Positions 1 through 8,130 are shown, counted from the first letter of the stretch. The stretch is DNA of 64,000 nucleotides from an uncultured Candidatus Saccharibacteria bacterium (GCA_964599405.1 CAZRED010000001.1:218323-282322), one strand, 5' to 3'. Notes: a model not told the origin generated them from the sequence alone. Translations and numbers: made by a program.

Positions 1-300
1 TAAAGTCATATACCAACGCTCATCCAAATTAAACTCATTAGCCAGGCGAACAATATCGCCCACAAATTTTTTATTGGGTGGCAAAAGACGTAGGTCGACA
101 TGGAACTTGAGTAACAATTCTGGATCATAATCAGCAGATTTGCTAAGCGACTGGTACCACTCCGCTCTTTTCTCCCAGGGTATACCTGTCTCCGGAATTC
201 TATACTTTTTCCTAAATTTTGATGTAGCACGTTGAAACCGCTTATACGCGATGAGCATTTCCCCAAAATCCTCCCAATATCTACTAGCCGTTTGATCCAT
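1..300 (-). CDS. hypothetical protein (partial, runs off window start)
   Basis: Open minus-strand frame from ATG at 298-300 (MDQTASRYWEDFGEMLIAYKRF...) with no stop before position 1. It is not in the ORF track because it lacks a stop, and is in a different frame from the listed 6..266 ORF. No recognisable domain. Confidence 0.35.
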   Translation of the reverse strand, partial: MDQTASRYWEDFGEMLIAYKRFQRATSKFRKKYRIPETGIPWEKRAEWYQSLSKSADYDPELLLKFHVDLRLLPPNKKFVGDIVRLANEFNLDERWYMTL

Positions 301-398
301 TATCTTTAATAAACCCGATCTTATAATGATTTACCACGCACCTCCAGTATTAACCTGTTATTTGATAGATTTCTCGGTATACTGCGGTTGAGTAAATA

Positions 399-2909
399 AT
401 GCCAATACAAAAGACATTTGATCGTTCAAAGAACTTTCTAGCACAGTTAATTTTTGCTCTTACATCAAAGCTCTTACTTAGGAACCGAGGGCTTTGGGGT
501 CTTGATGCAAAACGGCCCAAGCACCAAATCCTGGCCTTAAAAGTTGTTGGTCAAATATACCGCTATGGGAAGGTATCCGGGGAATACTTGAGGATTTGGT
601 TATTCACACTTCACGAAAAGGTCTCATCGAACTGGGGAATCTTTAAAGAGCTTTTATATCACTCTAGATCCTTCATCGTATTCACTTTAATAGTAGTCAC
701 CGCATCTCTTCTGCCACTGAAAGGTTGGGGATTCTTACTAACTCGTGATGTAATAATAGGCAGCTCTACCGCCTATGCGGCAGGTGCAACCGCCTTACTT
801 GGAATAGTATTTGCCCTCTATGCAGTTGGCTTTCAGGTAACTACGGCAAAGTTTTCTTCAAAAGTTACTGATTATTTAAACAGGGAGAGGGTGGGTCAAT
901 TCTTTTTCGCCCTACTAACGCTGACGGTTATTTTTTCCCTTGCCACCTTATTACTTCAGCAGGGAACGGAGGAAAAATTAGTAACAGCCTTTATTGTTAA
1001 TTCGTTTTTCATGTTTATTAGCCTAGCCGGACTCCTAATATTCAAAGATGACTACATAACTAAGCTGAAACCAAGACAGACTTTTGAACGGTTATATAAT
1101 CAAATTCTGAAGTCCATCAGGCAGGTCAATAAGTACGACTACCCTGAATTTGACTCTTTCAAAATCACCCGAGCTCAAAACGCAAAGTCTGGCCGCGTTT
1201 ACCCCTCCATTCACAGTAGTTGGTCAATTGTAACGAACCTCCAGCGTCAGGTAAGGGATCGTCTTAGTATTATCGAAGTATTTTATGATGAACTCATCAA
1301 AGATGATAAGCCCCAGGACGCAATGTATGGACTGTCGCTACTGGGACAGCTGCTCGCCGAATACACATCTGTTAAACATTTTATCGATAAGGACTTTGGT
1401 TGGTGGTTTCCCGACAAGCAAGAAATTGTCAAGGCAGACAACAGCACAACATTCGCTATAAAAGCTAATTACGAATCTAAAGGAATTGGTAGACTTGCCG
1501 TAACAAAAAAAGATTTTGATTGGGTTGAAGATACAATTATTGCATTCTTCACTCGCGTTCAAAAAAACACTGACTTTCAGAGAAATCCCGAATTAGGCCA
1601 AGCCTTAATTTTTGCGTACGAAATAGCTATCTCTGGTGACTTTTCGAAAACTAATAAGGGTCTCGAAAAGCTATTACGAGGGTGTTTTGAAAATCAATAC
1701 AACGAAATTGCTAGTAAAATATTCGCGCTTTTCGTTGATTTAGGAGAGAAGGTTTGTTCTGTAGAAGGCTGCAGGACTAATTACCTAAACGCTATGGGAA
1801 CGATAAAAACTATTATCGCAGACGGATTTTCTTTAAGAAGCTTTCCTGGCCATTTAGAGCACTGGTCAACAGACTTAGAGGCAAGAATTAAAGAGGTTAT
1901 CTCAGGCGTACCCCTAGTTTCACAGCAACGCATGATCTCTTGGAAAATGCCAAAGGAATTCTTTTCCAGCCTAACGCTACTTCGAAAAAGACTGCAAACA
2001 GAGTACGAGATCGAGGGAAGGATGGTAAGTCCTCCGGTGTGGCTAACAAAGGATGTAATGGACGAGCTCCGTCGTACAGAAAACGAGATCTCCCTAAAAC
2101 ATCAAGACGAGGTAGTTGAGGCAGTGATACGATTATCAAAATTCTGTGGCTTCTATCGTGATCACTTCGTCATGGTTATCTTAGACATGTTTAACCAACT
2201 TATTTATGCTGACAACTGGGCTGCCATTGATCGCCTGCTGACAAAGTTCGACAAGCAACTACTTACAGTTTTGCTTTCTATCCCCAAAGATCAATTTATT
2301 GAGAATGGACTTAGAGAGCAAATTGAGTTCGGAGTGTTTAATTCATTAATAGTCCGCAAAAAGGCCCCCTTCTTGTTTTACCTTAAGCTATTTTACCTAT
2401 CTCAAATTCGGCTATCAGCAGACATCACAACTCGATCACTCACCGATCAATTCAAAACGTTAAGAAGACCAATTATGCTGGGGAGCCTAGCTTATCTCGT
2501 CTCAGAGTTGGATCAAGATTTTAGCTATGTAACCTCTTTCACGGTAATGATGGAGAAGCTTTATCCCCGTGTGAGCATTGCCGATTTATATTCGCAAGTA
2601 ATCGATTATAGGAGCTTATTAGGCAGTGTGGGTATATTTGAGGTCAGCACTGAAGAGTTCGCTCGCTACAGAATTTACTATCGACAAGTAATTAACCCTA
2701 TTACGGACTTACCTCGCAGGTCTGAAACGTCTGGCTCTATACCGTACGGATTTCACACTAGCGAAATGGCTGACCACCCCAGCAGCTTTGTACGAGATAT
2801 TTCTCAACACGAATTCTCTGACATGGAAGAATGCCACGAGGGTTATGTTGGTTGGTTAAAAAAACGTGAGTTAATGAAAAAATTTATAACCCTATTAAGT
2901 AATGCCTAG
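399..2909 (+). CDS. large hypothetical membrane-anchored protein (about 4 predicted TM helices in residues 90-210, about 600-aa soluble C-terminal region)
   Basis: 836-aa ORF. Hydrophobic segments FIVFTLIVVTASLLPL, STAYAAGATALLGIVFALYAVGF, FFFALLTLTVIFSLATLLL, AFIVNSFFMFISLAGLLIF. AT-rich codon usage distinct from core genes. No family recognised by eye. Confidence 0.6.
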   Translation: MPIQKTFDRSKNFLAQLIFALTSKLLLRNRGLWGLDAKRPKHQILALKVVGQIYRYGKVSGEYLRIWLFTLHEKVSSNWGIFKELLYHSRSFIVFTLIVVTASLLPLKGWGFLLTRDVIIGSSTAYAAGATALLGIVFALYAVGFQVTTAKFSSKVTDYLNRERVGQFFFALLTLTVIFSLATLLLQQGTEEKLVTAFIVNSFFMFISLAGLLIFKDDYITKLKPRQTFERLYNQILKSIRQVNKYDYPEFDSFKITRAQNAKSGRVYPSIHSSWSIVTNLQRQVRDRLSIIEVFYDELIKDDKPQDAMYGLSLLGQLLAEYTSVKHFIDKDFGWWFPDKQEIVKADNSTTFAIKANYESKGIGRLAVTKKDFDWVEDTIIAFFTRVQKNTDFQRNPELGQALIFAYEIAISGDFSKTNKGLEKLLRGCFENQYNEIASKIFALFVDLGEKVCSVEGCRTNYLNAMGTIKTIIADGFSLRSFPGHLEHWSTDLEARIKEVISGVPLVSQQRMISWKMPKEFFSSLTLLRKRLQTEYEIEGRMVSPPVWLTKDVMDELRRTENEISLKHQDEVVEAVIRLSKFCGFYRDHFVMVILDMFNQLIYADNWAAIDRLLTKFDKQLLTVLLSIPKDQFIENGLREQIEFGVFNSLIVRKKAPFLFYLKLFYLSQIRLSADITTRSLTDQFKTLRRPIMLGSLAYLVSELDQDFSYVTSFTVMMEKLYPRVSIADLYSQVIDYRSLLGSVGIFEVSTEEFARYRIYYRQVINPITDLPRRSETSGSIPYGFHTSEMADHPSSFVRDISQHEFSDMEECHEGYVGWLKKRELMKKFITLLSNA

Positions 2910-3990
2910 AAATAGCGAACAATTCCATGGCACGCATTTTAGCGACCCCTTTAAAGAACTGCTAAACGGACACGCCCAGCGAGTATCTACTACGAAAGAT
3001 GCTATGCAGCTATTTCATGAGGTGCATAATTATCGTCAAAACTTATTTCCTCCACGCTCCGTCCCTGTTTCAGGGAGGCCGGGAAGTTCTACCCTAGACA
3101 GCAACTTTTTTAGAGTTTCAGTAGCTGGAAGCCCCGCCTTAAGTAGGGATCTGAACGGTCATTTTACTGACACTAGAGGGTACCCAGCACATGGGGTGTC
3201 ATATGATGGAGCTCACGACCTATCTGAGTTTTTTGAAAACTCTTTATACCACCTATTAATCGACGGCATTGCTACCTATGTGATCGACTGGGAGCGAATA
3301 AAAGTCGCTAATCGTTATTATACGATTCCCGTGGGCCTTCGCTATATAAATCCCTCAACCATAACTATCCCGAAAAACGGAGTTGTTAAACAAAAGTTCA
3401 GCTGGATTGCCAAAGAGGTAAATAACCATTTTGAGTATCAAGATTCTCGCTTCTCCATAAAAGATTTAGTTATTTTCAAGCACCCTATTTATCCATTTTC
3501 TCCAGTAGGAAGGTCTCTTCGCTTATTAAAACAACTCAACCAGTGGAGTATTTTTTCGTTGCAGCAAGGGCAGGCAAATGTTGAGCCCGAGAATCATTCT
3601 ATCGAGCTAGAAAGAACTCGCTACAAACTAGCCGAACCTTATCGCAATAGGGAAGCAATAGCTCGCGCTAAAGTACGAAGGATCTTCAATCAAATAATAA
3701 GCGATACGGGGGTTGAGGCAACCCCTTATTACGAAGTGCTTGCATTCGCTCAATACAAAATGCGATTAAACGAATTCCGAGACTATTTTATGAAACAATT
3801 TTCCGAACAAATACTCAAACAGATTCAAGAAAGGAACGGGTTAAAGAATCCCCCGCAGATTGAGTACCGAGGGTTTGCAAAGAATGACGACATACTTTCT
3901 TCTCTTAAGGAATTTGAGGAAAGAAAAGTTAACGTTGAGGAGTTTCTGAAGAAAGTTAAGGATGATTTCGACCGAGATCTTTACCAATAG
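2902..3990 (+). CDS. hypothetical protein, translationally coupled to upstream gene
   Basis: 362-aa ORF whose start ATGCCTAG overlaps the upstream stop by 8 nt. No TM segments and no recognisable motif. Confidence 0.55.
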   Translation: MPRNSEQFHGTHFSDPFKELLNGHAQRVSTTKDAMQLFHEVHNYRQNLFPPRSVPVSGRPGSSTLDSNFFRVSVAGSPALSRDLNGHFTDTRGYPAHGVSYDGAHDLSEFFENSLYHLLIDGIATYVIDWERIKVANRYYTIPVGLRYINPSTITIPKNGVVKQKFSWIAKEVNNHFEYQDSRFSIKDLVIFKHPIYPFSPVGRSLRLLKQLNQWSIFSLQQGQANVEPENHSIELERTRYKLAEPYRNREAIARAKVRRIFNQIISDTGVEATPYYEVLAFAQYKMRLNEFRDYFMKQFSEQILKQIQERNGLKNPPQIEYRGFAKNDDILSSLKEFEERKVNVEEFLKKVKDDFDRDLYQ

Positions 3991-4005
3991 AAAGGACTTC
4001 AGTAA

Positions 4006-5172
4006 GTGAGACACCGAAAAGATCGTGAGTACTACGAGAATTTCTACGACAAGCTAACCGTTCATTTTGCTCGGAACGATATGGATTCCTTTTTCAGGCT
4101 CCGCGACGAGCTGAAAAAGAAGCTGCCGAAAAAAGAGTTTGAAGCACAAAGCACGCTGTTCTGGCTCGATAAGCTTTGCGACATGCTGGTTATGTGGCCA
4201 TGTGGTGAGCGCTGGGAAAAACGGGGCAGAGAGATCGACAGCATGATGCTAGCCGACGGAAATAAAGACCGCCAACTGGAAAACGCCCGGCTTCGACAGG
4301 AACCTGTTTGCAAACACTGCGGCAAGATTGGTTTACGTATCACCAGTAAGTATTTGATGCATCGAAACGGCTACTCACAAGACGTGCCAGAAGAAGTTTT
4401 GTTCATGCTCGACTGCCCAGCTTGCGAAAAACGAAGCAGTTACTGGGAAAGCGGCGAGTCATTTGAGAGACAGTCGACCCTCTGTCCAAAATGCCAAAGC
4501 GAGATGAAAGAACGCGACAGTCGCAAAGGCAAGATAATCACTACAACCTACACCTGCTCCAAATGCAAACATTCGTATAAAACGGCGCTCGATCTTCGTT
4601 CAAAGCCAGAAGAACCGGATCCGGATTTCGAGAAGCATAAAGCGATTTTCTGTTTTGATAATAAAACCGGTTTGGAGTATTTGCAGCGGCGCAACAACTG
4701 GAAAGCGTTTCAAGAGATGATGGATAGGGAAAAAGAGAAGGAGCAAAACGAGGCGCTGTACGGCTTAGTCGCGAAGATCAAGCGATTAAAAATTGCCGAA
4801 CTGATTGAGCTAATGGAAAAAGAGCTCAAGAAAGTCGAGTTTATTGAGGTTCGCTTTGAGAAGCCGGAGATTGGCAAAGACGTCATCGTTTCGTTTAGCT
4901 GCTTAGACGGAGATTCCAAACGCAGCGCTTATGACAGCGAAAAAATCCTAAAACGAACCGTTAAGAAAACATTACACCCAACCAACTGGCGACTGATGAC
5001 CGAAGGTGTCAGTTACCGTCTTGGCTACTTAACCGGCCGAGTCCGAGCCTACGAAAACGAAGAAGATTTGGTAAGGCTGATCGAAAAAGATCAGCCAGAG
5101 CTCAAGCGGGAGAAAACGGCGAATGATCCTGATCAACTTTTAGACAAAGACGGAAACATTATTACTTTGTAA
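4006..5172 (+). CDS. hypothetical zinc-ribbon protein (four CxxC pairs)
   Basis: 388-aa ORF with CKHCGK...CPACEK and CPKCQS...CSKCKH, i.e. two predicted zinc ribbons, and a charged coiled-coil-like C-terminal half. Its 3' end overlaps the convergent DGR RT gene by 11 nt. Confidence 0.6.
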   Translation: MRHRKDREYYENFYDKLTVHFARNDMDSFFRLRDELKKKLPKKEFEAQSTLFWLDKLCDMLVMWPCGERWEKRGREIDSMMLADGNKDRQLENARLRQEPVCKHCGKIGLRITSKYLMHRNGYSQDVPEEVLFMLDCPACEKRSSYWESGESFERQSTLCPKCQSEMKERDSRKGKIITTTYTCSKCKHSYKTALDLRSKPEEPDPDFEKHKAIFCFDNKTGLEYLQRRNNWKAFQEMMDREKEKEQNEALYGLVAKIKRLKIAELIELMEKELKKVEFIEVRFEKPEIGKDVIVSFSCLDGDSKRSAYDSEKILKRTVKKTLHPTNWRLMTEGVSYRLGYLTGRVRAYENEEDLVRLIEKDQPELKREKTANDPDQLLDKDGNIITL

Positions 5173-6184
5173 GCGAGGCGGTGATCCGAGACTGAATTTT
5201 CTTTTTGAGCTTGTGGGTATCGGCGTGCTGTAAGACGCCGTGATACGACGCCAGCGACTGGCTAAGGTCGTATGTGGTGATCGACTTATCTTTGTATTCA
5301 CTTAGCCGCTGGTCAATCTTCTTGATGACTCGTTGTTTCGTTTTAGTTCGCAACTGCTTGCGGTACGGCAAGATAACGTAGCCTAAAAAGTCAGCGCCCT
5401 GCCGATATTTTCTGATCGATACTTTGTTTGGGTGTAACTCGAGCGATAGCTCCTTGGTTAAAAATGCCCTAACCGGCTCCAAGAGATTTATTAAATAGTC
5501 TTCACTCTCGGCGATAACGACAAAGTCGTCGGTGTAGCGAGCGTAATATTTTACGCCCAAAGTTTGTTTCACAAATTGATCAAACTCGTTCATGTATATG
5601 TTAGCAAAGAGCTGGCTGGTTAAGTTACCGATCGGCATACCGTCCGGAAAACTCCCGATGATTCGCTCCAGAAGCCAGAGGGCGTCCTCGTCTTTAATCC
5701 GTTTAGCGAAAGTTCGAATGATTAGCTCGTGGTCAACACTTCGAAAGAACTTTTTGATGTCACATTTGAGAACAAAACAGGGTCTGGTGTAATTATGACT
5801 AACCTGTCGGATCATTTTATCGACCGCCAAAACTCCTCGGTGAGTACCTTTGCCGACTCGGCAGGAGAATGACGTTGAAATAAACCCGGATTCGAAAATT
5901 GGATTGAGGATATTAAATAGGGCTTGGTGGACGACTCGATCACGCACCTCGGCCTTACTGATAAGCCGCTGTTTCGGGTCTTGGATGTAAAAGGTGTGAT
6001 ATTTGCCGTGCTTATACCGACGGCTTTTTAAGTCTCGGTGAAGCTGAAAAAGGTTTGGTTCGAGCAACCACTCAAACTTCTGAACATCTTTACGGCTCCG
6101 CTTACCTTTACGGAATTTTTCCCACGCCAAAAAGAGGTTTTCGACCGAAATGATTGCTTCGAACAGATTTTCGTATATTTTCAT
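5162..6184 (-). CDS. diversity-generating retroelement (DGR) reverse transcriptase
   Basis: 340 aa. N-terminus MKIYENLFEAIISVENLFLAWEKFRKGKR is typical of DGR RTs. Motif IGNLTSQ (the DGR-specific I/LGxxxSQ replacing group-II QG). Catalytic YTDD box (ARYTDDFVV). RDRVVHQAL motif. Confidence 0.9.
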   Translation of the reverse strand: MKIYENLFEAIISVENLFLAWEKFRKGKRSRKDVQKFEWLLEPNLFQLHRDLKSRRYKHGKYHTFYIQDPKQRLISKAEVRDRVVHQALFNILNPIFESGFISTSFSCRVGKGTHRGVLAVDKMIRQVSHNYTRPCFVLKCDIKKFFRSVDHELIIRTFAKRIKDEDALWLLERIIGSFPDGMPIGNLTSQLFANIYMNEFDQFVKQTLGVKYYARYTDDFVVIAESEDYLINLLEPVRAFLTKELSLELHPNKVSIRKYRQGADFLGYVILPYRKQLRTKTKQRVIKKIDQRLSEYKDKSITTYDLSQSLASYHGVLQHADTHKLKKKIQSRITASLTK

Positions 6185-6658
6185 ATGATGGAGACACTTG
6201 GTTTACCGATCTTTCAAAAGTCGTACGATCTTTATAAATCCTTCTACGGCTGTCGTGACCACGTCGCCAAACAAGACCGGCATACCGTTTGGCAGCGCTG
6301 CGAAAACCTAGTTCTCGATCTACTCCAGTCGATTATTCAGGCTAGCCAGCAAGATAAGGCGGATAAGCTGATAACACTCGAGAAAGCGAGCGTCCAGCTC
6401 AACATGCTTCGCATTTTATTACGGCTCACTAAAGACCTGAAAGTCATCGATCCCAAGAAATACCTAATGCTCGAGGAGCAAATCGACGAGGTTGGTCGAA
6501 TGTTGGGCGGTTGGCTCAGATCGACTAAGATCCCCCCCCCCCCGACTATTTGGGTTCGGACGCGCGTTAGTATGCTGTCTAAACTAAGATTGAGAGATAG
6601 TGCCGAGAGGCCGACAACCCCAAGTTGGAGTTGCGGTTACCATCCGAGTTCCTGTTGA
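6185..6658 (+). CDS. avd: DGR accessory variability determinant (Avd); true C-terminus probably near 6531-6590, the ORF reads through a C12 tract into the TR
   Basis: MMETLGLP... The C-terminal helix ...LEEQIDEVGRMLGGWLRS closely mirrors the Bordetella phage BPP-1 bAvd ...IAEVGRILGSWIAR, with four-helix-bundle family spacing. The start ATG at 6185 abuts the RT start codon (complement of 6182-6184). The part of the listed ORF before 6185 lies inside the RT gene and is discounted. Confidence 0.75.
   Translation: MMETLGLPIFQKSYDLYKSFYGCRDHVAKQDRHTVWQRCENLVLDLLQSIIQASQQDKADKLITLEKASVQLNMLRILLRLTKDLKVIDPKKYLMLEEQIDEVGRMLGGWLRSTKIPPPPTIWVRTRVSMLSKLRLRDSAERPTTPSWSCGYHPSSC
6532..6543. repeat. C12 homopolymer (G12 on the minus strand) at the avd 3' end, 59 bp from the TR
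   Basis: Twelve consecutive C read directly from the sequence. A tract of plus or minus 1 would end the Avd frame at about 6571 or 6590 instead of 6658. Confidence 0.9.
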
Positions 6659-6716
6659 CGTTGAACCCATTGGCATTGAAGTTGCCAACGTTGACGCGGT
6701 TGCCATTCGAATCGAT
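6603..6716 (-). repeat. DGR template repeat (TR), sense on the minus strand
   Basis: 114-bp near-identical copy of 7154..7267. All 17 mismatches are T in this copy on the plus strand (A on the minus strand) versus A/C/G in the other copy. It is AAC-codon rich on the minus strand and has a GC-rich 3' end (GGGGTTGTCGGCCTCTCGG, IMH-like). Confidence 0.9.
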
Positions 6717-6994
6717 ATTTGCCCATTTTCTTCTGGTTTCACCGAAAGTTGAGCCTTACCGTCGGATTCTATCTTGAACCCTGCGGCTAAAGAATTATCG
6801 AATCGACCTATTTACTCTTCTTTCTGAATTTTATTTGGGAGCAGCGTAGAAGCATCTCCACCAAAAATGAGCAAGAACTTTCTCTCAAATCTTTCTCGCA
6901 CGCTGCCGCAACCGGTGGCTGCTGACATTCTGGCGAACTGAAGAATGAGTGCCCCGCGAGACCCAACCATGGCCGGATCTACACTAGCAAGACG

Positions 6995-7010
6995 CCTGCA
7001 TTATACCTGT
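6995..7010 (-). promoter_or_regulatory. candidate promoter -10 (CAGGTATAAT on the minus strand) positioned to drive a TR-containing transcript
   Basis: The minus strand reads CCTAACAGGTATAATGC. It shares CAGGTATAAT with the target-gene promoter element at 8110-8119. The -35 is weak. Confidence 0.3.
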
Positions 7011-7074
7011 TAGGATGTCAGCCGTACAGGGTTAAACAACGAAAAATGTGGCGAGCGCTTCGCGCTCTTAGTAT

Positions 7075-7102
7075 AAAAAAGCCCCGGCGGAAAACCGCCG
7101 GG
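7075..7102 (-). terminator. rho-independent terminator downstream of the DGR target gene
   Basis: Stem CCCGGCGG / loop AAAA / CCGCCGGG, followed on the minus strand by a T6 tract. Confidence 0.7.
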
Positions 7103-7144
7103 AGTTCAAGGGGGACAAAAGGCTCAAGAGCCAATGTCCAAAGT

Positions 7145-8002
7145 TCAGAAGTTCCGAGAGGCCGACAACCCCAAGTAGGAGTAGCGGAAACCATCCGAGT
7201 ACCCGCGGACGCCGAACCCATAGGCATCGAAGCAGCCAACGTAGACGCGGTTGCCATCCGAAACGATGTCGGAGCAGCGAACGTAGACGTTCTCGAACAG
7301 GCGCTCTCCCGTATTCAGGAAGTGTCCCATGACCGTGTACGTCATAACGCAAGCTGTCGGAGTCGTCTCGTCCTTCAGGAGGGCTTGCTGCTCGTCCCAA
7401 GACTTGCTGGTCGAGTTATCGACCGGCTGCTTGCGGATGAGGTACCAGCGGACTTCGACTTTGGTCTTCTTGGCGAAGGCTTGAGTCTCATACCACCCGC
7501 CGGTCGGCGTGTAGAAGAGCTTGCCCTTCTTGGCTCGGCCAGCCTTGGTCCGAACTTGCAGGAGCGTCATCGGATAGCCGGCAACGAGCACGTGTGTGTC
7601 TTTGCAAGCTTCGAGAACTTCCTTAGTGAACGGAACCGTAGCGAGAGCGTCGAGCTGATCCTGGGTCCACTTAGCACCGAGGTGCTTCGCGGCTTCTTCG
7701 AGACCGAAGAAGTTCGTTCCCATGATCGTCTTGGCTTCGTTCTGGCTGTCGGTCAGCTCGATGGCGGCAACAGGCGGAGCCTGCTGGCCGGCCTTCTTCA
7801 AGGCCTTACGAGCAATCCGATCCATCTCGTTAGCGAGCTGGTCATAGCCCAGAAAGGCTTGAAAGCCCGGGCCGTCCAAACCGTTACGGTGGACAAAATC
7901 GCGCATGACCTGGTCGCACTTGTGAAACTGGTCGTCAGTGACTGGAGTAGATGGAGGGGTCTGTGTTTGTGGCATCAGGCGTCTCCTCGTGTTTATGCCC
8001 AC
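7145..8002 (-). CDS. DGR target protein with C-terminal CLec/FGE-like variable region; no signal peptide evident
   Basis: 285-aa ORF containing the VR. The C-terminal GFRYSY/ VRGYSDG pattern resembles C-type-lectin-fold DGR targets. The opposite-strand 354-aa ORF (7046..8110) is R/L/A/G-rich antisense. Confidence 0.8.
   Translation of the reverse strand: MGINTRRRLMPQTQTPPSTPVTDDQFHKCDQVMRDFVHRNGLDGPGFQAFLGYDQLANEMDRIARKALKKAGQQAPPVAAIELTDSQNEAKTIMGTNFFGLEEAAKHLGAKWTQDQLDALATVPFTKEVLEACKDTHVLVAGYPMTLLQVRTKAGRAKKGKLFYTPTGGWYETQAFAKKTKVEVRWYLIRKQPVDNSTSKSWDEQQALLKDETTPTACVMTYTVMGHFLNTGERLFENVYVRCSDIVSDGNRVYVGCFDAYGFGVRGYSDGFRYSYLGLSASRNF
7154..7267 (-). repeat. DGR variable repeat (VR) in the 3' end of the target gene
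   Basis: Counterpart of the TR. It encodes the last ~40 aa of the target protein (...VYVRCSDIVSDGNRVYVGCFDAYGFGVRGYSDGFRYSYLGLSASR). Differences from the TR occur exclusively at TR adenines. Confidence 0.9.
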
Positions 8003-8094
8003 GGGGCAGATTGTCTCCTCTCGGTTGAGATGAGCTGCTCAGAAACTGCTTATTTCCAAGAAGCTCATCTCAAACTTCTTACTGTTAATGTTCG

Positions 8095-8130
8095 TCGGAA
8101 GTATACCTGATTATACCTGAAAAGTCAAGG
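8095..8130 (-). promoter_or_regulatory. sigma70-like promoter of the DGR target gene (-35 TTGACT, 17-bp spacer, -10 TATACT) carrying the shared CCCTTGACTTTTCAGGT motif
   Basis: The minus strand reads CCCTTGACTTTTCAGGTATAATCAGGTATACT. The same extended motif occurs at 35675-35712 and 36293-36330. Confidence 0.55.

Noticed and set aside
6-266. 86-aa minus-strand ORF at the window start
   Set aside because: A longer uninterrupted minus-strand frame (1..300) in another phase is more plausible. Both are weak.
6038-6184. N-terminal 49 codons of the listed 6038..6658 ORF
   Set aside because: Lies entirely inside the RT gene on the opposite strand. The Avd homology begins at the ATG at 6185.
6544-6658. 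C-terminal extension of the Avd ORF reading through the TR
   Set aside because: Depends on the exact length of the C12 tract. Avd homologues end shortly after the GGWLRS helix, so the TR overlap is probably a frame artefact rather than coding.
7046-8110. 354-aa plus-strand ORF covering the DGR target locus
   Set aside because: R/A/L/G-rich composition typical of antisense translation of a GC-rich gene. The VR/TR adenine-substitution logic requires the minus-strand frame, and the minus-strand protein has a natural composition and a CLec-like C-terminus.
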